A stretch of 61,243 nucleotides of DNA from a virus (Duplodnaviria > Caudoviricetes), in IMG/VR virus record IMGVR_UViG_3300036850_000032, positions 1 through 61,243 of that record; one strand, written 5' to 3'. The position numbers and the translations under genes were made by a program. Positions 43,396-51,288 of the stretch are shown one piece after another. A model generated the notes under the pieces. The model was not told the origin of the DNA and made no database searches. It saw nothing but the letters and a program-made list of their open reading frames with translations. The stretch's first letter is position 1. Every line of letters begins with the position of its first letter.

Positions 43396-43503
43396 ATGAA
43401 CGCACGATTTGCCCAATTTATCGGACTCATGCTCCTGGCGGCGGTCTCGCTCGGTGCGCAGGAGCGCCTGGCGGGTACTCTCACGGGTAGTCCGCAGGAT
43501 TGA
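43396..43503 (+). pseudogene. signal-peptide-only remnant (35 aa); not in ORF track
   Basis: GAGGGT RBS; MNARFAQFIGLMLLAAVSLGA|QERLAGTLTGSPQD*. Confidence 0.5.
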
Positions 43504-43893
43504 ATGCCACGCGACCGCTTTTCGCGTGAGGCGACCGCGAAGCACGCGGAAGACGTGGCCCATGAGATGTGGGAGACGGCACAGGCGGAGGACGAGAAGG
43601 ATCAGCGCGGCCTGTATCGAAAGGTGGGACTCCCGGCGATGTTAGCCGGCATCGGATTGGACCTCGCGAGCACGCATCACGTGATGAGTCGTGGCGGACA
43701 CGAAGCCAATCCAGTCTACGGGAAGGATGCGAGCTTCGGGAAAGTGGCCGCGATCAACGCAGGGATTGCGGCAGGGATCGCGCTGGCCTTGGATCGGGTG
43801 GCGAAGAAACACCCGAAGGCGGCAACGGCAGCAGCGGCCAGTATCGGTGGTGTGAGGGGCGCAGTGGCCGCCCGGAATTGGTCACAGGAGTAA
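43504..43893 (+). CDS. membrane protein (DUF5658-like)
   Basis: LD..ST......GG.EANP motif with hydrophobic helices. Confidence 0.6.
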   Translation: MPRDRFSREATAKHAEDVAHEMWETAQAEDEKDQRGLYRKVGLPAMLAGIGLDLASTHHVMSRGGHEANPVYGKDASFGKVAAINAGIAAGIALALDRVAKKHPKAATAAAASIGGVRGAVAARNWSQE

Positions 43894-43898
43894 CCCAT

Positions 43899-44333
43899 AT
43901 GGCAGTTCTTGAGTATCCGTCGTGGCTCTATCACAAGGAACGCAAGCCACAGCTCGTCACCAGTCCCAGCCTCGGCGCGCGCATGCTCGCGGCTGGCTGG
44001 AGCGATACCCCAGCCACCTTCCAGACGCCTGAGCAGAAAGAGGCGGACCTCGATCCGCTCGGTCTGGGATCGGATGAATCGCTGGCGAAGGCTGACGCCG
44101 CTAAGCTCGAAGCGGAAGCGGAAGCGGAACGCGCAGCGCAACTGCACGGCACGTCGGCCGCAGTCATCATTGAATCGCTGGAGACGGTGGATGACTTGGA
44201 ACAACTAGAGAGAATCAGGGCGAGGGAGCAGAGCAACCCGGCACACGAGGGGGGCCGAAAAGGGGTGCTGGCCGCACTCGACAAGCGACTCAACGCGATT
44301 ATCGGTGAGCAGGTCGCGAAGGCCGGCGGATGA
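43899..44333 (+). CDS. hypothetical head-region protein
   Basis: AGGAG RBS; EYP.WLYH...GW.D.P; C-terminal E..GRKGVL.AL motif. Confidence 0.65.
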   Translation: MAVLEYPSWLYHKERKPQLVTSPSLGARMLAAGWSDTPATFQTPEQKEADLDPLGLGSDESLAKADAAKLEAEAEAERAAQLHGTSAAVIIESLETVDDLEQLERIRAREQSNPAHEGGRKGVLAALDKRLNAIIGEQVAKAGG

Positions 44334-44955
44334 GACGGACAGGCGCCGTCAGCGCCTTTTCAAGAGGCCAATGATATCTGAACAGTCGGTTGTGCAAGCA
44401 ACCTCTCGGCAGGCCGTACTCACGGCTCCATGCTTCTACGCTCAGTGTTCGTCCGTCAAACGTCATCAGTTGATTGGCGCGCGTGTTGTTCGCTTGCTCC
44501 GTGCGCGATGCCCAGACGCAATTCTCGGCCGAGTAGCCTTGGTCGTTGTCGCGGCGCTCCAGTGTCAGGCCGTCTGGGCATGGTCCCATATCAGCCAAGA
44601 ATTGCTCAAAACTGTCTGCCCATTCCGGACAGACGGTGATGCCTCTGCCTCCGTATCGGTGGTAGTTCCTGATCTTCGGATTACTGCAACGGGCTTTCAT
44701 GTTGCTCCAGCGCGTGTACTCCCTCGACTGAGAGTTTCCGTGCTTCGTGCTCCTGACGCGTGCAACATCATCGCGGTGGCAACCGCACGATCGCGTGTGG
44801 CCAGATCGAAGATTTGGAAGCCTGACGGTGATGACCGTACCGCAGATGCAGCGGCAGCTCACGAGTCGCTCCCGCTCTCCTGGCGCACGTCCTGCCTCGC
44901 CGAGAATAGTCAGGCGTCCGAATGTGTCGCCGGGGGTAATCTCGATGGCACGCAT
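44299..44955 (-). CDS. HNH-type homing endonuclease
   Basis: G..FGRLT, CRC.CG, SCGC, W.NMK.RC.NP, YGGRGI.VC.EW, TLER.DN..GY..ENC.WA...QANN. Confidence 0.85.
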   Translation of the reverse strand: MRAIEITPGDTFGRLTILGEAGRAPGERERLVSCRCICGTVITVRLPNLRSGHTRSCGCHRDDVARVRSTKHGNSQSREYTRWSNMKARCSNPKIRNYHRYGGRGITVCPEWADSFEQFLADMGPCPDGLTLERRDNDQGYSAENCVWASRTEQANNTRANQLMTFDGRTLSVEAWSREYGLPRGCLHNRLFRYHWPLEKALTAPVRLIRRPSRPAHR

Positions 44956-45050
44956 TGCGACCTCCCTAGGGTCGTTGTGAATAGGGGCGCGGCCAGTGTT
45001 TCTGCACTGTCGCGTCCCGTCATTATAACGCCACGTCTGCACGGTGCCGC

Positions 45051-45797
45051 ATGACAGCAGATGACATTTCTACGCGGGCGTTGCGGCTGATTTCAGTCTA
45101 TGAGGCCAGCGAAACGCCTCCGAATGCGGATCTGGCTGAAGCCTTCGTTGTGCTCAATGAGTGGGTCGGCGAGCTGGGCACGTTGTCACCGACGATGTAT
45201 TTCCTGCTCCGTACCTTACACGTGTTGGCGAGCGGAACCGCGAGCTACACCATTGGGGCGGGGGGTACCATCAACATCCAGCGACCGACGTTTCTCCCGA
45301 AGGGCAACGCCAAGCTGATCATCGACAACACGGCGGCGGCGACGAGCATTACCGAAGTGCCGTTGGACGTGTTTACCGATCAGGAGTGGAAGGACATCCC
45401 GCAGAAGGGCTTCCAATCCTCGCAATCGCAAGGGATCTGGTACGACCACAACTGGTCCGCGGGGTTGGGCCGGATCTACCCGTGGCCCATTCCGAACGTC
45501 GCCACCACCACACTGGTGCTCTACACCATGCAAGCGCTCGCGGCCTTCGCGGATCGGAACACGACAGATTACACGTTCCCGCCGGGGTATGCGCGGGCGA
45601 TCCGCTACAACCTCGCGGTGGAGCTCGGGCCGATCTTCGAGCGGGACGTGCCGCCGCAGGTGGAACGCATCGCGATCAAGTCTCTCGCGGACATCCAGCG
45701 TGCGAACTTCCGCAAGACCTCGGCGGGGATGGATCCGGCGTTGTCCTGGAACTGGCGCGGCTCGGCCTATGCGATTCGCAGTGACACATTCAGATAA
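45051..45797 (+). CDS. head completion / P22 gp4-like adaptor
   Basis: D...RAL.LI.V...E.P...LN.W; FPPGY..A..YNLA.EL.P. Confidence 0.7.
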   Translation: MTADDISTRALRLISVYEASETPPNADLAEAFVVLNEWVGELGTLSPTMYFLLRTLHVLASGTASYTIGAGGTINIQRPTFLPKGNAKLIIDNTAAATSITEVPLDVFTDQEWKDIPQKGFQSSQSQGIWYDHNWSAGLGRIYPWPIPNVATTTLVLYTMQALAAFADRNTTDYTFPPGYARAIRYNLAVELGPIFERDVPPQVERIAIKSLADIQRANFRKTSAGMDPALSWNWRGSAYAIRSDTFR

Positions 45798-47278
45798 TGG
45801 CCCGCTACCCCGCGTTTGTCGGCGGCTCCTACGTCTCGCAAAGTCCGATTGCGGATCAGCAGAGAACCGTCTGTTTTTACGTTGAGCGCTTGGAAGTTGA
45901 AGGTGGCAAGGCGCGCATGGTGCTGTACCCGTCGCCAGGCGTCGAAGCCTTCACGGCTGAGTTTGAACTCGCCCCAGCTCGAGGAAGCTTTTACCAGAAC
46001 GGCCGCTGTTTCTTCGTCATTCGCGATCGGCTCGTAGAAGTGTTTGACGATGGCACTCTGAACGGACTCGGCTCGGCCGGTCAGATGGTGCTGGATGGCT
46101 ACCCGGTGACCATGTCCGCCAATGGGGACGGCGGTGGCGAGTTGTTCATTACCACGGGCAACAACGGCTACATCTTCGATCTCCTCCTCAACTCCCTGGC
46201 GATTGTGCGCACCGGAGCGACGACTCAGGGCGGGATGCTCGACGGCTATTTCATCGCGCTCGACGCCGCGACATCCACGTTCTTTCTCTCGGATTTGCTG
46301 GATGGGACGACGTGGGATCCGACGCAGTTCGCGCAACGCACGATCGCCCCGGATGCGTGGGTCGCGATGACGGTGATGGACACGGCGCGGCAGTTGTGGC
46401 TGTTCGGGGATGAGACCTCGGAAGTCTGGTACAACGCCGGCACGTTCCCGTTTCCGTTCGCCCCGCATCCCTCGGGATTGATTCCGTTCGGCATCGCCGC
46501 GCGGTCCTCGCCGAAGAACGTCGGCGGTGCGCTGATGTGGCTGTCTCGCACGAAGGGCGGGAGTGGGCAAGTCATCAGAGCAGACGGGTTGAATGCGCGC
46601 GTGGTGAGCACCTACCCGATGGCGGTCGCGTTTGAGCGGTATCTGAGCACCTACGGACAGATGGCGCTGGATGATGCGGTCGGTGATGCGTTCGAATGGA
46701 TGGGGCACTGGTTCTACGTGCTGACCTTCCCCACGGCGAATGGGACATGGGTCTATGACCGCTCAACGGAAACATGGGTGGAGTGGCTGACGTGGATCGC
46801 GAATGAGAACCGCTACACCGGCTGGCGTCCGCTGTTTCATGTCAATGCGTTCGGTCAGCACTTGGTGGGCGATCGGCTGAGCGGGACCGTGTATCGGCTG
46901 GACGCCACGATCGGCACCGATGTCGCGGGCTTGCCGATTCGTCGGGTGCGCCGTGCCCCGGCACTCTCAATGGAAGGGCAGCGGATTTTCTACTCCAGTT
47001 TGGAGCTGTGCTTGGAGCCGGGCCTCGGCCTGAACAGCGGGCAGGGCTCGGATCCGCAGGTGATTCTCTATTTTTCTGATGATGGCGGAAAGACCTGGAA
47101 ATCGGCAGGCCAGCGCTCAGCCGGTCGCATGGGTGAGTATCAAACACGTGTGATTTGGAACCGGCTGGGCAGTTCAAGGGACCGCGTTTTCGAGGCAGTT
47201 GTTACCGACCCGATCCCCTGGCGCTACATTGACTGCTTTCTGACCGCGAAGCCTGGAATGTCTCGGAGAGTGGCCTAG
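45797..47278 (+). CDS. P22 gp10-like tail hub (packaged DNA stabilisation) protein
   Basis: DGYFI, LWLFG..T.EVWYN.G, GH.FYVLTFP, DPQV.L..SDDGG.TW, G..GEY.TRV.W.RLG.SRDRVF. Confidence 0.88.
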   Translation: MARYPAFVGGSYVSQSPIADQQRTVCFYVERLEVEGGKARMVLYPSPGVEAFTAEFELAPARGSFYQNGRCFFVIRDRLVEVFDDGTLNGLGSAGQMVLDGYPVTMSANGDGGGELFITTGNNGYIFDLLLNSLAIVRTGATTQGGMLDGYFIALDAATSTFFLSDLLDGTTWDPTQFAQRTIAPDAWVAMTVMDTARQLWLFGDETSEVWYNAGTFPFPFAPHPSGLIPFGIAARSSPKNVGGALMWLSRTKGGSGQVIRADGLNARVVSTYPMAVAFERYLSTYGQMALDDAVGDAFEWMGHWFYVLTFPTANGTWVYDRSTETWVEWLTWIANENRYTGWRPLFHVNAFGQHLVGDRLSGTVYRLDATIGTDVAGLPIRRVRRAPALSMEGQRIFYSSLELCLEPGLGLNSGQGSDPQVILYFSDDGGKTWKSAGQRSAGRMGEYQTRVIWNRLGSSRDRVFEAVVTDPIPWRYIDCFLTAKPGMSRRVA

Positions 47279-47967
47279 ATATGCTTCCAATTGCGTCGTT
47301 GTCTGATTGCGTCGATCGTGCTCTTATGCACGTCGTAACGAGCCGCCACAACGTGCGCTGGCCAGCGACTCGCGCGGATCGCGAGCACATCTGCCGTCGC
47401 CAGCTTGGCATGATTGTTTCGTTCTCCGCGAGCCTTCAGGCCGGTCTTGGCCGCGTGTTGATGGTTTTGTTGCGGAGTGACGTACTCAAGGTTATCGAGT
47501 CGGTTGTTCTGCTTGTTGCCGTCTTTGTGGTTGACTTGATGGCCGGCTGGTTCTGGGCCAAGAAAGGCCAGAGCAACCAAACGATGAATACGCACGACTT
47601 TCGACTGGCTGTGTTTCGACAATTCAAGGGCGCTATACCCTCTCCTGAGATGAGGTTTGAGCGTTGGCCTCGGCAGGTAGCGGCATGCACGGCGAACGTT
47701 GCCAGCATCCGACACTTCATACAGATGTTCGTACCCAGCGATAGGGGCTGGACGCCACTGTTCAGGTGTGTCTGGGACAACCGGCACATCGTTCGGATCA
47801 TCGATGTGTTTCCAAGAGCGACGAGAGCGAATGCACCAAATGGCCGCGATTCCCACGCTGTAACGTTCGGCCAATATCTTCTGTGGTTCGGGGCTGCGGC
47901 GAATGGCTCTGATATCTTGTTCCGTCAACTTCGAAGTACCTACTTGGCTGCCTTGAGCGTGTTTCAC
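47275..47967 (-). CDS. NUMOD4-HNH homing endonuclease with duplicated HTH-like domain
   Basis: EQWRP...GYE..YEVSD.G.VR (NUMOD4); HRLVA.AF, VNHKDG.K.NN...NLEY (HNH). Confidence 0.88.
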   Translation of the reverse strand: MKHAQGSQVGTSKLTEQDIRAIRRSPEPQKILAERYSVGIAAIWCIRSRRSWKHIDDPNDVPVVPDTPEQWRPAPIAGYEHLYEVSDAGNVRRACRYLPRPTLKPHLRRGYSALELSKHSQSKVVRIHRLVALAFLGPEPAGHQVNHKDGNKQNNRLDNLEYVTPQQNHQHAAKTGLKARGERNNHAKLATADVLAIRASRWPAHVVAARYDVHKSTIDAIRQRRNWKHI

Positions 47968-48009
47968 ACCACAAAGTTTAACCTCACCAACATTGAGGCA
48001 CAAGCTTAA

Positions 48010-48507
48010 ATGGCAACAACCACGCTCAATGCCTGGGTGCCGTTTGTGAACGTGCGGGATGCCTTACTGGATCCCGTCACGAAGCTCGTGGAAGCCCGCT
48101 GGCAGGAGTGGTTTCTGGCGCTGTGGAACTGCGTCAACAACGCCTCGCAGCAACAGAAGCGCGTCACGCTGACGGCGCAAGGCGCGAGCATCGCCGCGAC
48201 CGCGATCCCGCTGGCGAAGATTGATGAGCGCATCTATCACGTCAGTGTCTTTGCACGGGTGACCCGCGCTGGCAGCGTGTCGAGCAGTCTGGCGATCTCC
48301 ATTCGCGGGATTGATGGCGGGGTGACCTATGACCGCGTGATTGGCACGGTCACGACGAATACGACAGCGTCGATCTTATCGGCCGTGGTACCGATGAAGA
48401 CCGACAAAGACGGACCCATAAGTTACTTGACCACATATGCCGATGGCGGTGGGGCCACTTCCATGCAGTACTCACTCGACATCATCGCCGAGGCGTTACC
48501 CTCATGA
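48010..48507 (+). CDS. tail-associated structural protein
   Basis: Follows gp10-like gene; L.DP.T..V...W..WF..L N-terminal motif. Confidence 0.55.
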   Translation: MATTTLNAWVPFVNVRDALLDPVTKLVEARWQEWFLALWNCVNNASQQQKRVTLTAQGASIAATAIPLAKIDERIYHVSVFARVTRAGSVSSSLAISIRGIDGGVTYDRVIGTVTTNTTASILSAVVPMKTDKDGPISYLTTYADGGGATSMQYSLDIIAEALPS

Positions 48508-49298
48508 CCGCCACTCTTGATCGTCCGATCGTCTCTCCGCGCCGCGTCTACACGTTGCCGCCGCTCTCGATCGGTATCGGTCGGACGATGGATGCTGCGC
48601 ACCTGAACCGTGTCGCGAATCATCCTGCGGTGCGGCCGTGGCTTGGCGGAGATGGCGTGCTGGATCTGACGGCGCTGATCACGAACCCCGACAACATCGC
48701 GGTGGTCTCAGAGCATGGCGGGTTTATCGGGGTGGCGCAAGCCTACGGCCGCTATGAGGTGCATTCGCTGTTCACGCCAGATCGTCCGGGCGCGGAGACG
48801 ATGCAGGCCATGCGCGCGGGCCTTGATTTCATGTTCACGGCGACGGACTGTCTGGAGTTGGTCACGAAGGTTCCGCAGGACAACCGTGCCGCAGCAGCGC
48901 TCGCGCTCAGGGCTGGATTTGAGCAGCGGTGGACAGCTCCGCTGAAGTGGACGGATGGACAGATGGTGACGGCGGACTTTCTCGGGCTAACGCTGGAGCG
49001 GTGGGCCTTGCGCTCGCCGCAGACGCCAGTGCTGGGGGAGTGGTTCCATCATGCGGTCGCGTGTCCTGAACATCCAGACGATCCCGTGCATGACCGTATC
49101 GTCGGTGCCACGGCATGGATGCTGAGCGCCGGCAATTTACGCAAGGCGGTGGAGTTCTACAACGGCTGGGCGCGGCTCTCTGGGTACACGCCCGTGATCG
49201 TCCTGCGTGATCAGCCGATTGTGCTGGATGTGGACCGCGTGATCCTCGAATGTCGCGCGACCGAGATGGAGGTGTTGTCATGCCCGCAGGAGCAGTAA
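48504..49298 (+). CDS. GNAT-like acetyltransferase (P22 gp14/DUF2824-like)
   Basis: N.VANHP.V.PW, YEVH..F, .T.VP..N.AA..LA..AGF. Confidence 0.7.
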   Translation: MTATLDRPIVSPRRVYTLPPLSIGIGRTMDAAHLNRVANHPAVRPWLGGDGVLDLTALITNPDNIAVVSEHGGFIGVAQAYGRYEVHSLFTPDRPGAETMQAMRAGLDFMFTATDCLELVTKVPQDNRAAAALALRAGFEQRWTAPLKWTDGQMVTADFLGLTLERWALRSPQTPVLGEWFHHAVACPEHPDDPVHDRIVGATAWMLSAGNLRKAVEFYNGWARLSGYTPVIVLRDQPIVLDVDRVILECRATEMEVLSCPQEQ

Positions 49299-50152
49299 TC
49301 GCCGCCGCTATCACCGCAGGCGCAGGCACAGCAACCGCCGTCCACGGGCGCCGAGCGCAGACACGTGCGGGCCGTCAAGCCGCGAAGTACACCGAAGCCG
49401 CCGCGAGCCAGGCCACGCGGATCGAACAGGATGCCGAAACCCGCCGCCGCGAAGAGTACGAGCGCGAAACCGCCGAGGAACAGCGCCGCCATGAAGCCGA
49501 GCAAGCGCAACTCATGGAAGATCGGCGACTCGCGCAGGAGGACCGTCTCCGCGCCCAGCGGCTCGAGGAAGAGGATCGCCGCCTGCGTGATGAGGATCGC
49601 CGCATTGCCGAAGAGGAACGGCAGCGCAACATCGCGATCTGGAATGAACGCGAAGCCCGTCTGGCTCCGTATCGACAAGCCGGTGCAGGGGCACTCTCGG
49701 AACTGCAGCGGCTCGCGGGACAGAGCGGCGGCGCGGCACCTAGTGCTGGCCCGCGGCCGATGCCAGAAGGCTGGACGCCAGACGCAAGCGCCCAGACGAG
49801 TGCCGCGCCGCCCGTGTCGGATCTGCCGACGACCGCCAGCCGGGCCTCGCTGGAGTCCTATACCAGCAGCTTGCCGGTGACACGCGATCGATCGCTGGCG
49901 CAGGAGATGGGCGAACCAGAGCCGCCGATGGACGAACCGATGAGTGGTGCCCTGTCGCAGATGCGGCAACCGGCGGAAGACGTGAACTACCTGCTCGACA
50001 ACCCGTCCACGATGTCCCCGGAGGCGTATCGGCGCTTGGTGCAGGCCCAGGGTGGGGAAGGCGATCCTGATGCGATGCCCCTGTCCATGATGCGCCAGCC
50101 GGTCTGGGCGAATCGTCGCCGGCCATATCGCCGATCGGAGGCGAGAGCCTGA
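49280..50152 (+). CDS. ejection protein (P22 gp7-like)
   Basis: GGAGG RBS; Ala/Gly-rich N-terminus, coiled-coil, LAPY.QAG.GAL..L. Confidence 0.7.
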   Translation: MPAGAVIAAAITAGAGTATAVHGRRAQTRAGRQAAKYTEAAASQATRIEQDAETRRREEYERETAEEQRRHEAEQAQLMEDRRLAQEDRLRAQRLEEEDRRLRDEDRRIAEEERQRNIAIWNEREARLAPYRQAGAGALSELQRLAGQSGGAAPSAGPRPMPEGWTPDASAQTSAAPPVSDLPTTASRASLESYTSSLPVTRDRSLAQEMGEPEPPMDEPMSGALSQMRQPAEDVNYLLDNPSTMSPEAYRRLVQAQGGEGDPDAMPLSMMRQPVWANRRRPYRRSEARA

Positions 50153-51288
50153 TGGCGTGGCGTGACGAACTCTACAACCCGTATCGCGAAAGCGTGCAGC
50201 GTCTGCGGCTGCCGAGTCGTCCGTCGACGCTGGCCAACTGGCGCGATCCGACGCAATTCAGGACACTGATTTCAGACGAGGGGAACTCGCCGCCTGGAAC
50301 CACCCCGCCGCCGCCGACCACGCCGCCTGGGAACACGACTCCTCCGCCCAACCCGCCGAACCGCAACGACCCGAGCACCTCGCGGAATGCCCCTCGCCTG
50401 ATTCAAGAAGGCGATCGGTGGATTCTAACCGAGCATGGGAATCGGCGTGTCCTGCAGCCCGACGAAGTGCCCGGCGCGCAAGCGTACGTGGATGATTTCT
50501 GGCGACAGTTCCCGACCGGATTCCAACCAGGTCAAGGCCCGCAGACCAACGAAGGGTATGGGCCGCCCGGAGAAAACACGCCACCGCAAGGCGGGCGCCG
50601 TGTAGGACTGACGGGGCGTGAGCAGTTCGATCCCACGGCTGGCTTCGATTTGGACAACTTCAATGATCTGACCAATCAGAATTTGAAGTACCGCGCCGGC
50701 CGTATCTTGTCGCGGTATCCGGCCACTTCACAAGGTGTTCGTCAAGCCATGCAAGATCCCGAGTGGCTGGCGGATGCGGATCTGTCGCGGGCCACGTTTA
50801 ACGGCCGCGATCGTATTCACTTCCACGGGGCGCTCAGTGACGGAGAGTCAGGCGTTCCGGTCAATGAAGTCGATGTCCTCCGCTCCAATCAAGAAGATGG
50901 CAGCTCAGTTGGCCTCTGGTGGGGCGATCAGGATGCGATGGGCTATGGGAGCGGCGCACCGCCCACGACACCGACGACACCGACAACACCGACGACCGGC
51001 GGCGGTACGCGCGTGCTTCCGGATGGCACGATCGAACGTCCGGCTCAAACCATCCCAGAAGAGGGCACGCCGTTCCCCGGCGGCGGGAATCGGCCAATGG
51101 GCAATCTGTCAGGGATGCGCGATCCCGCCACTGTCTTTGGCGCGCAAGGGGCCTCAGTGGTAGGCAGCAATGCCCCGCAGCAGCCGCAGATTTCTCAAGA
51201 GCCCTATCGCAAGCTCGTCTCGCCGCTTGGGGATGGCCTGATGCCCCTGAATGAGTATGCGTGGCTCGGTCGCCGGAGGACGGCGTAA
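50152..51288 (+). CDS. putative ejection/internal virion protein
   Basis: TGATG-coupled within the ejection cluster; low-complexity ends with a central globular domain. Confidence 0.6.
   Translation: MAWRDELYNPYRESVQRLRLPSRPSTLANWRDPTQFRTLISDEGNSPPGTTPPPPTTPPGNTTPPPNPPNRNDPSTSRNAPRLIQEGDRWILTEHGNRRVLQPDEVPGAQAYVDDFWRQFPTGFQPGQGPQTNEGYGPPGENTPPQGGRRVGLTGREQFDPTAGFDLDNFNDLTNQNLKYRAGRILSRYPATSQGVRQAMQDPEWLADADLSRATFNGRDRIHFHGALSDGESGVPVNEVDVLRSNQEDGSSVGLWWGDQDAMGYGSGAPPTTPTTPTTPTTGGGTRVLPDGTIERPAQTIPEEGTPFPGGGNRPMGNLSGMRDPATVFGAQGASVVGSNAPQQPQISQEPYRKLVSPLGDGLMPLNEYAWLGRRRTA

Noticed and set aside
44305-45054. 249-aa plus-strand ORF (and similarly 47281-48009 and 42688-43392)
   Set aside because: Shadow ORFs antisense to clearly recognisable HNH and methyltransferase genes; no motifs of their own
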